Shown: in pieces, positions 48,001 through 58,651 of the stretch
How the letters are laid out: every line of letters starts with the position of its first letter
Position numbering within the stretch: position 1 is the first letter of the stretch
Assembly: GCA_002269645.1 (NCBI GenBank)
Contig: NIVC01000013.1
Span: 1,240,001-1,304,000, forward strand
Direction: 5' to 3'
DNA: 64,000 nucleotides
Source of the DNA: Macrostomum lignano
Lineage: Eukaryota
Program-made: the position numbers and the translations under genes
Notes under the pieces: generated by a model
Database searches by the model: none
Told to the model about the DNA's origin: nothing
What the model saw: only the letters and a program-made list of their open reading frames with translations

Positions 48001-51000
48001 TGCTTGCTCGTTATTGACGCCCTGGCTTTGGTCCTGCCGAACGAGGCAATATCGAATACTAGTTCGAATATTTCGCACAATGTCAATAGCGACATTCCCA
48101 AGTAGATACCCATGATGCCGCCAATATCCGAGATGAACTCTTGCACTCCGTAGTCTATAGAGAAATTCAACCGATCGCACAATATTCGACGCGGCTTGAA
48201 GTGTATCTTGATCACATTGTTGCGAATGTACTCCGCGGCTGTTGATTGGTTTGCAGACACTAGCAGGTCCAGTGCAGGTACGCTTTGGTTCCTGCTGCGG
48301 GCCTGTTGCCAGGCCTGCGCGATGCTGCTGCGGATGAACGGAGCCATGGAGCTCTGGGTGGGCCAGTCGGAACCGGAGACGCTAACCGAGTATTCCAACG
48401 TACTGCACGGCCGTTTGGACTGACAAGCAGACTTTGTGAGCCGGTCAAACTGGCTGCTTTTGTTTACTAACAGTTGGTCGCGAAAGAATACAAAGAAAGT
48501 TGAATCTCCGGTGAGATTCATGACGAACTTTTTTCCTCTCAGAGGCCACGGCAGCGGACCGACATTGCCGGACATGTTAACCAAGTCCTGTGTCTGCTTG
48601 TGAAACTCGTAATAGAAGCAGTAGGAGTAGCTGTATGAGTGATTGTAAGGAGTCTGTTCGTACGTGTTCACGTACTGAACGCTGGGCACCTCGTCCAGAC
48701 AGTTGAACTGACCACTCTTGTACACCTGCTGGGTCATGTCGATCTCGACGGTGTGAAACTTGCCAGGTCCAAGCGAGAACGAGCTGACAAAATCGGACGG
48801 ATATTCGCCTGGTGGCGTGAGGAAGACTCGAACCCCAGCCCGCCGGTCCGGCCCATTGTAGTCCGCAACGTTGAGCGACCAATCCGACACAGGGATTTGA
48901 GTCCGCCTGGCGAACACCGTCTGCAGGATGTCATTGCCGCTGGTTGCCAGACCATTGAAGGCCGAATCTGTCACCAGCGTGACTACTATACCAGACGAAG
49001 AACCAGTTTGCACTATTTTACTCTGCCATGTGCTGTTTAGAGCCCACTTTAAACAGCGCAGGTACATCGGATGGTAGAAGGTCTCCGCTTCGATAGGTCT
49101 ATACTCGGGCATGCCGTAGTCCGTATTGTACGTCACGTCGCTAGTGATGATGTTCTGCTCGTTCCGGTGCGCCAGCGCGTCAACCAACAGCCGGTAGGGC
49201 AGCGACTGCGGATAGGCCATCGAGAAGTCCATCTCAAAGATTTCAGCGGCGCGACCGGTGATGCCAATGGTTGCCAGTTCGCGTTGCATGATCAGTCGCG
49301 ATGCATTCAACAGATTGTTGATCTGGGCGGCTTCGGCTGCTCCAACGTTGGCTGAGTAACTGCCGGAGATCGGGTTCTCGTAGCAGGCGTACACGTCCGG
49401 GAACCGGAAGTTCAAACTGTTGCCCTCGAGGCTGCTGGTGATTTGCCTAGCCTGCAACTTGACGACTAAATCGTAGAATCCTTTGAGAAACAATCCCGCC
49501 ATGGCGAGGAACACGGACAGCCAGGCCAGTCGGACAGTCAATGGTTTGTTGCTAACCATTCTTGGCAGTCCGTGCGACGTTGTGGACGCCATCGCCTCCT
49601 TGAGTTGCAGCATTATTTGGCAGTTTTTTTGGTAGGAAAAATATACCTTAGCAACTATTTTTGCTCTATTCTTTCGCTGAAGTTTCTCTTCTGCGCTGTT
49701 TGCTTTTATCCTTACTGAGGCTACTCTGGCTAATTGAGTGCCGGAACAATGCACACACCACTGCTCAACGCGGAGTGATTTATTAGCTAGACTAAGCTAG
49801 CCGGTGGAACAGTGCGACGAACAGCTTACGTAGACTGCAATTGGACTTACTGAAAGCTTAAAATAAGCATATTTTGCCCTCTATTTCTGTTTAACTAATT
49901 GGTTCAATGCAGCAATGTCAATACATTTTAGGCTCGAAGGTATTGTGTAAACTTTGCCCACTGCACAGCTCTCAGGGCAGTCAGTCAGTTCGGGTGGGTA
50001 CCTCAGAGTCCCTATATTTTATTAGGCACATAATTTCCTATTTATTGTATAAACAGTTCCGGGAGTGACCGTTTGTCTAATCAGGGATTACATTATATAG
50101 GCGTCTGGATTAGAAACCCGTTTTGGTTTTGCAATTGTAAAGTAGAAAGACAAATTGGACAGCGACCAATCCAGGCGCAATTGTAAGTAGTCCCTGGTCT
50201 AAAAAAGTTACCATGACGGCGCGGGATGTTGGTAAAAACATTAGCGCGTTTTTCCAGCTGGAGCAGAGAATGGGAAGGGCCAGGCTGCACTGCCTGATTG
50301 TCCTGCTTTGTACTTTTATTGTAAAATAGCCAATCGGAATCCAGATACATCTGGATGTAGAAACTGCTAAAAACTCAAGTTGAAGTACCAAATGTACTTC
50401 CAAGTTTCTGCTGACAGTAAGACAGACACTAAGACAATTTTGCTCTAAGTAACTTTAAAATTCACATTAGCTCGTAACACACCCTCTTCTGCAGTGACAA
50501 TCTACGAGAGCCAGATCACGGCAATCATCGGGCACAACGGTGCCGGCAAGTCCACCCTATTGAAGATCATTTCCGGCGAAGAACGGCCAACCAGCGGCTG
50601 GGTGTGCATCGACGGCTGGCACACGGACAGCTCGGTGACTCCGCTGCGTCTTCGCGGCCAGCTTGGCATCTGTTCGCAGCGGAACTGCCTTAGCAATAGT
50701 TTGACAGTGCGGCAAACTATCGATCTCACTTTGATTAGCTGCGGAATGTACCCGGATCAGGAGACTGAAGAGCTCGACGATATACTCGAACTGCTGAGGC
50801 TGCGAGTCAAGCTGATGAGCTCCGTAGGGACGCTGAGTGGCGGACAGAAACGAAAGCTGAGCATAGCGCTGGCTCTGCTCGGCAATCCCAGAGTTGTCAT
50901 CTTGGACGAGCCGACAAACGGTGTTGATCCAGTTTCTAGGCGTCGGATTTGGAAACTGCTGCAGGAACGGAAATACGGATGCGCCATCCTACTCAGCACT

Positions 51001-54000
51001 CAGTTCATGGACGAGGCGGACACCTTAGCAGATCGTAAGATTCTGCTATCAGCCGGCTCGATCATTTGCTGTGGCTCGTCGCTATTTCTAAAAAACGTAT
51101 TCGACAGCGGATTCATATTCGAGGTGTCCGTCAAGTCGCCGGAGCTGATCCCGACGTTATTGAAGCGCATCGCCGACGAGTTTCGCACGATTCGTTTGAA
51201 GAAACAATTTCGAAATAATCTGGAGCTGCAGGTGTCCGCTAACGAGCTCGAATTGTTGCCAACATTTGCCGCGTTTTTAGAAAAGCGAGTCGACTTGATA
51301 GCAGCTTACGGATTGGCCCAACCAACTCTGGCAGACATTTTTATCCGACTGAAAGACTTCGATCCGAAACAGATTTTGAAACTGTTCGAAACTAAAACTG
51401 TTAGCCTATTGGCCAGCGAAACTAATCAAGCTGAGAGTCTCAGCAGTATTGTCAACCAGCCGAAAGGAAACGCGCTGGACACTCTGGAAGCTAGAGTTCT
51501 AGCGCCGTCTGTTACTAAACGGTTCAACGCCATACTAACTATTAATGTACGTCGAATCTATCGCACGAGAGCAAAGCTCTGCCTTCGCCTGATAGTGCCC
51601 GTTCTGCTGCTGGTCTGTGTGGCCGCTGCCGCTATAGTCGAGAGCGTCACGCGCGATCGGAATCAGCAGAGCCGACGAGTGCTGCACTACCGAAACATGC
51701 AGTTCAACAAAGGCGTGTGCGTGTTCGACTCACCGAGCTCTAAGTGAGCATCCCAAGGGTGACGGGCGACACACTTTCAAGACGTACAAATCCAAGTTTT
51801 AAAAGAAATAGATCGCTACCCAGATCATGTTACTTAATAGTACAGTCACGGGGCGGGATAGCTCAGTGGTAACACCTCTGACCATCGCACAGTCATGTTA
51901 GTTTGGCGCTTGTCACGCGGTCCACCCCCGAGAGTGTGCCCCCTCTGTCGATGAGACTTCACAGCAGCCTACGGCTTGGCCCAACCAACTCTAACTGACA
52001 TTTTGATTCGCCTGAAAGACGTTGACCAAAAGAAGGTTGCGAAACTGTTCGAAACTAATACCTGTTAGTCTGTCAGCTTGTTAGGCTCTTTGGGGGTTGC
52101 AATTATGCCTGTGGTACGCATCCGTGTGCATGTGCAAGACTGCCTCTCCTTGCTGACTGTGGGTCAACTATAGTCTTGATTGCGGCGGCAGTCAGGGGCG
52201 TAGCCAGAGGGGGGGCAAGGGGGGCCGTGGCCCCCCCCCCCAATAACCAACTCTGGCCTTGGCGCCCCCCCCCTAAAAGAAACTGGCGCCCCCCCTAAAA
52301 GAAACTGGCGCCCCCCTATAAGAAACTGGCGCCCCCCTATAAGAAACTGGCGCCCCCAATAAAAAACTGGCGCCCCCCCCTAAAAGAAACTGGCGCCCCC
52401 CCCCCCTAAAAGAAACTGGCGCCCCCCCCCTATAAGAAAATGGCGCCCCCCCCTAAAAGAAACTGGCGCCCCCCTATAAGAAGCTGGCGCCCCCTAACTC
52501 ACGGCCCCCCAATCAAAATTCCTGGCTACGCCCCTGGCGGCAGTGCCTAAAACGTTCCCTATAGTCTCTTAAAAGGCGTCAAAATTACGATCGATGTCTT
52601 GCCCAACTATACCTAGAGGTCGAATTTTAATTGCAGAAACAAAAAGGAGCCGACGGCTGATGACTGCGCAAAATTATTCAACGCCAAGTCTAGCTCGGGA
52701 TTCAAGGTGCTGTCCAAAGTTCAGGTGACTGGCATCGACGGTTTTCTAGAACAGGATGACGTCATCGATATGATGAAGCAATATTGCGACGGCTCAACAG
52801 AAGAGAAGGTGTGCCCAGTGTTTCACACGGATGTCTGGAGCACGTCGGTACCAAATGCAAAGCGCGAGGCAAGTATTGGCCTGTACAGTGTATCACCCAT
52901 CTATAACAGCACAGTTATAGCGGCCACCATCATGAGTGCCTACTCAAGCGTCATGAACTACTTTGCTGGCAGCAGCGGAGGCAGTAAAGCTCAAATACGC
53001 GTTGAAGCCGTGGATGATTTCAAGAAAACTTTTGTGCCTCTATTTGGAGCTTTTGTTCAGATCATAATCTTGTCCGTGCTGCCGGCCACTTTCATGGAAG
53101 ACACCGTCGAAGACAAAGAGGCTTGCGTTCGTTCGCAACTGAGTTCCATTGGTGTCTCTTCGGCTCATTATTGGGCAACCACCTTTGTGGTGCATTGGAT
53201 TCAGTACGCCATTATTTATATTGTCAGTGTCATCCTGTTAGTCAGCATTCTTCCGCACAACTTTCTAAACCTTTTCTACACGACTGGCGTCTTTATTCCG
53301 ACTCTATTTTTTGGCCTGACAAACAATCTACTATTCTCATACATTGTCAGCTCATTCCTGTCGAACATTCAGCAGTTTGCTAGGATCAGCTGTCTATTCT
53401 TCTCCCTATGCGTCAGTGCGTCACTGCTAGCTGTCCAGCTCAACAGCATCGCCGGCATGATAATGATCTACCTGCTGCCGCCATTCGCTTCTGTAGCCTT
53501 GACTTTCTACGGCACTAAAGTGTACTACTTCACCAATGCCTACTATTGGATTGATGGCGAACAAGCTGCTCCGGAAGGTAGTTCAATCTACTTTGCGCAC
53601 ATGCACGTGTACAACAGCTTGATTGCCATGGTTTGTCACACCGGCCTGCTCGTCATACTACTCGTGGCATCCGAGAATCGTCACCTGGCGCTACACCGTT
53701 GCCAGAACCTCTGCCAGCGCTCCGACGAGACCTCCTATCCGCAGGGCGAAGATCCGGGCGTCGATGAAGAGATTCAACGCATCGAGGAGCACCGTCATAA
53801 TCAGGCGAACCTGCTGGAGGTGCGGCACATTGGCAAGACCTATCATCCCGGCCGAGTCAAAGCCGTTCGCGACGTCACTTTCGGCGTGACGCGAGGCGAA
53901 ATATTCGGCCTGCTGGGTCCGAACGGTGCCGGGAAGACCACCACAATGACCGTGATAGTTGGCGATCAGAAACCCAGTCGGGGTGAATGCGAAATTCGTG

Positions 54001-57000
54001 CCGGTGAGCAATGGCTGAAAAGTTGCAGCGCCGCACGCCTTGGCGCCATTGGCTACTGTCCGCAGCACAACCCCCTGTTCCCCTGCATCACGGTGGCCGA
54101 GCATCTTTTCTTCTACGCCAAAATCCTTGGAGTTCACGAAGGCCTAGCCGAGAAGGACGTTCGCACCCTACTTCAGGTAATTTTAGATTTGTCTTCCTGC
54201 ATTAGCTCAAACAGAGTAGAAATAGCAGCAGCGTATTCTGTCTACGAAGTAGTAACACACGGTTAATCCGGCCTCGAGAGTGTTGCTATTGTGCAGTAAT
54301 TGCTGTGTGACCAGGCCTATTGGATGAGTGTGCCAGGTGTCTTCAGCTGTGTGACCAGGCCTATTGGATGAGTGTGCCAGGTGTCTTCAGCTGTGTGACC
54401 AGGCCTATTGGATGAGTGTGCCAGGTGTCTTCAGCTGTGTGACCAGGCCTATTGGATGAGTGTGCCAGGTGTCTTCAGCTGTGTGACCAGGCCTATTGGA
54501 TGAGTGTGCCAGGTGTCTTCAGCTGTGTGACCAGGCCTATTGGATGAGTGTGCCAGGTGTCTTCAGCTGTGTGACCAGGCCTATTGGATGAGTGTGCCAG
54601 GTGTCTTCAGCTGTGTGACCAGGCCTATTGGATGAGTGTGCCAGGTGTCTTCAGCTGTGTGACCAGGCCTATTGGATGAGTGTGCCAGGTGTCTTCAGCT
54701 GTGTGACCAGGCCTATTGGATGAGTGTGCCAGGTGTCTTCAGCTGTGTGACCAGGCCTATTGGATGAGTGTGCCAGGTGTCTTCAGCTGTGTGACCAGGC
54801 CTATTGGATGAGTGTGCCAGGTGTCTTCAGCTGTGTGACCAGGCCTATTGGATGAGTGTGCCAGGTGTCTTCAGCTGTGTGACCAGGCCTATTGGATGAG
54901 TGTGCCAGGTGTCTTCAGCTGTGTGACCAGGCCTATTGGATGAGTGTGCCAGGTGTCTTCAGCTGTGTGACCAGGCCTATTGGATGAGTGTGCCAGGTGT
55001 CTTCAGCTGTGTGACCGGGCCTATTGGATGAGTGTGCCAGGTGTCTTCAGCTGTGTGACCGGGCCTATTGGATGAGTGTGCCAGGTGTCTTCAGCTGTGT
55101 GACCAGGCCTATTGGATGAGTGTGCCAGGTGTCTTCAGCTGTGTGACCAGGCCTATTGGATGAGTGTGCCAGGTGTCTTCAGCTGTGTGACCAGGCCTAT
55201 TGGATGAGTGTGCCAGGTGTCTTCAGCTGTGTGACCAGGCCTATTGGATGAGTGTGCCAGGTGTCTTCAGCTGTGTGACCAGGCCTATTGGATGAGTGTG
55301 CCAGGTGTCTTCAGCTGTGTGACCAGGCCTATTGGATGAGTGTGCCAGGTGTCTTCAGCTGTGTGACCAGGCCTATTGGATGAGTGTGCCAGGTGTCTTC
55401 AGCTGTGTGACCAGGCCTATTGGATGAGTGTGCCAGGTGTCTTCAGCTGTGTGACCAGGCCTATTGGATGAGTGTGCCAGGTGTCTTCAGCTGTGTGACC
55501 AGGCCTATTGGATGAGTGTGCCAAGTGTCTTCAGCTGTGTGACCAGGCCTATTGGATGAGTGTGCCAGGTGTCTTCAGCTGTGTGACCAGGCCTATTGGA
55601 TGAGTGTGCCAGGTGTCTTCAGCTGTGTGACCAGGCCTATTGGATGAGTGTGCCAGGTGTCTTCAGCTGTGTGACCAGGCCTATTGGATGAGTGTGCCAG
55701 GTGTCTTCAGCTGTGTGACCAGGCCTATTGGATGAGTGTGCCAGGTGTCTTCAGCTGTGTGACCAGGCCTATTGGATGAGTGTGCCAGGTGTCTTCAGCT
55801 GTGTGACCAGGCCTATTGGATGAGTGTGCCAAGTGTCTTCAGCTGTGTGACCAGGCCTATTGGATGAGTGTGCCAGGTGTCTTCAGCTGTGTGACCGGAC
55901 CTATTGGATGAGTGTGCCAGGTGTCTTCAGCTGTGTGACCGGACCTATTGGATGAGTGTGCCAGGTGTCTTCAGCTGTGTGACCGGGCCTATTGGATGAG
56001 TGTGCCAGGTGTCTTCAGCTGTGTGACCGGGCCTATTGGATGAGTGTGCCAGGTGTCTTCAGCTGTGTGACCAGGCCCATTGGATGAGTGTTCCAGGTGT
56101 CTTCAGCTGTGTGACCGGGCCCATTGGATGAGTGCTAGGTGTCTTCTAGTAAAGACTTTGCCCTTTTAATGGGTCATCTAGGCAAGTCTGCTAGGTTTCC
56201 TTCGATAGCCTTCGCAAAGTTTTTTTACGAGCTAGCTCCCAGACAGGCAGACGGTCTGACACCTTGCCATTGCCATCTTGCTAGGGCCTGGACCTTGAGT
56301 CGCAGGCAGACAGCTGCGTCTCCAGCTTATCCGAAGGCGCCAAACGACGCACCTGCCTGGCCATCGCTCTGCTGGGCAATCCGTCTATTGTTGTCATCGA
56401 CGAAGCCTCTACCGGAGTCGACCCGGAGGGCAAACGGTTCATCTGGAGCGTCATCAGATCTATGGCTAACAATAAACGAGCGCTGGTGATCACGACGCAC
56501 AGCATGGAAGAGGCGGAGGCACTCTGCAATCGGGTTGGCATTATGAACCATGGATTAATGGTTGGCTTGGGATCGGTTGCTCAACTCGTTAGCCTGTGAG
56601 TGTCCATATCGGCCTTTTGGCTGGCTCTTTTATCTGGACCGATTGCTGTGGGATCTGTCATCTGCTGCGGGTTGCCTAACGATATCGACATCAAATCAGA
56701 GCTAAATTGAATATGTGTTGATTTCTATCTAGCTGTCTGCTAGATCTAATGTTGATCTCTATCTAGCTGTCTGCTAGATATAATGTTGATCTCTATCTAG
56801 CTGTCTGCTAGATCTAATGTTGATCTCTATCTATCTGACTGCTAGATCTGGTGCTGATCTCTATCTAGCTGACTGCTAGATATAATGTTGATCTCTATCT
56901 AGTTGTCTGCTAGATATGATGTTGATCTCTATCTAGCTGTCTGCTAGATCTAATGTTAATCTCTATCTATCTGTCTACTAGATATAATGTTGATCTCTAT

Positions 57001-57981
57001 CTGACTGCTAGATCTGGTGCTGATCTCTATCTAGCTGTCTGCTAGATATAATGTTGATCTCTATCTAGCTATCTGCTAGATATAATTTTGATCTCTATCT
57101 AACTGTCTACTAGATCTAATGTTGATCTTTATCTATCTGACTGCTAGATCTAATGTTGATCTCTATCCAGCTGACTGCTAGATCTAATGTTGATCTCTAT
57201 CTAGCTGACTGCTAGATCTAATGTTGATCTTTATCTATCTGACTGCTAGATCTAATGTTGATCTTTATCTATCTGACTGCTAGATCTAATGTTGATCTCT
57301 ATCCAGCTGACTGCTAGATCTAATGTTGATCTTTATCTATCTGACTGCTAGATCTAATGTTGATCTCTATCCAGCTGACTGCTAGATCTAATGTTGATCT
57401 CTATCTATCTGACTGCTAGATCTAATGTTGATCTTTATCTATCTGACTGCTAGATCTAATGTTGATCTCTATCCAGATGACTGCTAGATCTAATGTTGGT
57501 CTCTATCTAGCCGACTGCTAGATCTAATGTCAATCTCTATCTAGCCGACAGCTCGCAAAGTCTCAAACTGTCTTAAACCCACCGCTGTCGCCGCAGGTAC
57601 GGAGAATACTACACCTTGGACATTCAGATCCAATCGCATCTGGGCGAACAACCAAAGGCTGTTCGCGCTCGTAAAGAACGCGCAATCAAGGCTATTTTGC
57701 TGCACTTTCATGGCTCCAAAGTGATTGAGCAGTTCACAACAAACGTGGCTCTGTCAGTGCCCTCCGAGAGCATACCCAGGCTCTCAGTGGCTCTGTCGTG
57801 GTTGGTCACTAACCGTGAACCATTGCAGCTAAAGTACTTCTCATTCTATCAGCTGTCACTGGACCAGGTGTTTGAATACCTGTTGAAATCGCATGACGAT
57901 CAAATACAGAAGCAGAACAGACTGTCCGTGTTCTCAGTCACTACTCAGCTGTCCGAGTTTGACAACTCTGCATTTGTTTAA
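42098..57981 (+). CDS. ABCA-subfamily full transporter, ABCA5/6/8/9/10-like; exons 42098-42105, 43010-43406, 44578-44709, ~44906-45193, 45805-46110, 46622-46997, 50495-51743, 52637-54176, 56285-56595, 57597-57981 (~1660 aa)
   Basis: TMD1-NBD1 (GHNGAGKS, LSGGQ, ILDEP)-TMD2-NBD2 (GPNGAGKT, YCPQ, VIDEA, THSMEEAE). The join ILDNIS-G|TG-TIYESQ at 46997/50495 rebuilds the NBD1 start. The 8-nt first exon and the exon 4 acceptor are the least certain parts. Confidence 0.85.
42165..42945. repeat. 24-bp repeat (GAAACTTCTACCCCTGAAGCACCT) in two blocks in ABCA intron 1
   Basis: Blocks at 42165-42280 and 42640-42945 flank an inverted AACCGCGAAAC-type core. Confidence 0.85.
43436..44530. repeat. 23-24-bp minisatellite (GTCCCGAAACACCTGAGACTTTT) in ABCA intron 2
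   Basis: Tandem units. Confidence 0.92.
45463..45637 (+). mobile_element. tRNA-derived SINE, second copy, in an ABCA intron
   Basis: A-box TAGCCCAATGG, GGCTCGATTC, shared body TTTGGTGGGCTAAATTGGAA..CAAGGCACAGTGAAGTGTACATGCCTAACGAT. Confidence 0.75.
46270..46546. repeat. 12-bp repeat (ACAGGCACTAAG) in an ABCA intron
   Basis: Tandem units. Confidence 0.88.
47175..47583. mobile_element. Probable truncated MITE related to 52193-52536
   Basis: Left end CAGGGGCGTCGCCA, internal GCAGGCACTCATTTTAGCGCC repeats, only a partial right end (TGGCGA). Confidence 0.45.
47880..49754 (-). CDS. DEG/ENaC (ASIC/ENaC family) channel subunit, single exon, nested in an ABCA intron; likely start Met at 49613 or 49592
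   Basis: TTSHG pre-TM1 motif, TM1, FPDVYAC, TM2 FISDIGGIMGIYLGMSLLTLCE with a G-x-S filter. Confidence 0.9.
   Translation of the reverse strand: MHCSGTQLARVASVRIKANSAEEKLQRKNRAKIVAKVYFSYQKNCQIMLQLKEAMASTTSHGLPRMVSNKPLTVRLAWLSVFLAMAGLFLKGFYDLVVKLQARQITSSLEGNSLNFRFPDVYACYENPISGSYSANVGAAEAAQINNLLNASRLIMQRELATIGITGRAAEIFEMDFSMAYPQSLPYRLLVDALAHRNEQNIITSDVTYNTDYGMPEYRPIEAETFYHPMYLRCLKWALNSTWQSKIVQTGSSSGIVVTLVTDSAFNGLATSGNDILQTVFARRTQIPVSDWSLNVADYNGPDRRAGVRVFLTPPGEYPSDFVSSFSLGPGKFHTVEIDMTQQVYKSGQFNCLDEVPSVQYVNTYEQTPYNHSYSYSYCFYYEFHKQTQDLVNMSGNVGPLPWPLRGKKFVMNLTGDSTFFVFFRDQLLVNKSSQFDRLTKSACQSKRPCSTLEYSVSVSGSDWPTQSSMAPFIRSSIAQAWQQARSRNQSVPALDLLVSANQSTAAEYIRNNVIKIHFKPRRILCDRLNFSIDYGVQEFISDIGGIMGIYLGMSLLTLCEIFELVFDIASFGRTKARASITSKQERDTEKTTRTKQINVTEFKSDPLKENPSQNVSVFSISSM
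51852..51885 (+). other. tRNA-like / SINE head fragment
   Basis: GCGGGATAGCTCAGTGGT A-box; no B-box or cloverleaf. Confidence 0.4.
51964..52070 (+). pseudogene. Diverged copy of ABCA coding sequence 51301-51410, located in the following intron
   Basis: Translates AAYGLAQPTLTDILIRLKDVDQKKVAKLFETN versus exonic AAYGLAQPTLADIFIRLKDFDPKQILKLFETK. Confidence 0.8.
52193..52536. mobile_element. hAT-like MITE
   Basis: 15-bp TIR CAGGGGCGTAGCCAG / CTGGCTACGCCCCTG, perfect 8-bp TSD GCGGCAGT, internal AAAGAAACTGGCGCCCCCCT repeats. Confidence 0.9.
54302..56147. repeat. Near-perfect 44-bp tandem array in an ABCA intron
   Basis: GCTGTGTGACCAGGCCTATTGGATGAGTGTGCCAGGTGTCTTCA, about 42 copies, no spacers. 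Confidence 0.95.
56712..57545. repeat. ~30-34-bp minisatellite (CTAGATCTAATGTTGATCTCTATCTAGCTGTCTG) in the last ABCA intron
   Basis: Tandem units. Confidence 0.9.
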
Positions 57982-58334
57982 TATTTGATTAGTGAGCTGC
58001 CTAGCTATTTTGTTGACTTGATATCCAATTGTCCTGATGTGTAGAACTTTTATTTACATATTATTTGTCGTTACTTTCTTCACGGCTTAAAACCTTTACA
58101 GAGCTGAGGCTCAGTAAAAACACTACTCGGATGTCCGGTATGGCCGGTATTTATTGAATACGCTCAGACGAAACTGAAGATATATGCTAATCAAATCTCA
58201 TTGCTGTCGTGTATTGAGTGTTTAAAACTAAATATAATCTGAACTACTGCAATTGCGTGCAATTGTTTTCTTATAATTCCGGAGTCAATGACTAATGAAA
58301 ATAGATTTTTCTTATGACAGGTTGGTGTCCATTT

Positions 58335-58582
<248 letters not shown>

Positions 58583-58651
58583 CAGTCTCATAGATGGCAG
58601 TAACGCACACATTAAATTGAGCTCTGCACTTTTAGCCAGAAAGAATCGCTT

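Noticed and set aside
54302-56147. Possible CRISPR array
   Set aside because: Head-to-tail identical units with no unique spacers, no cas genes, eukaryotic intron context.
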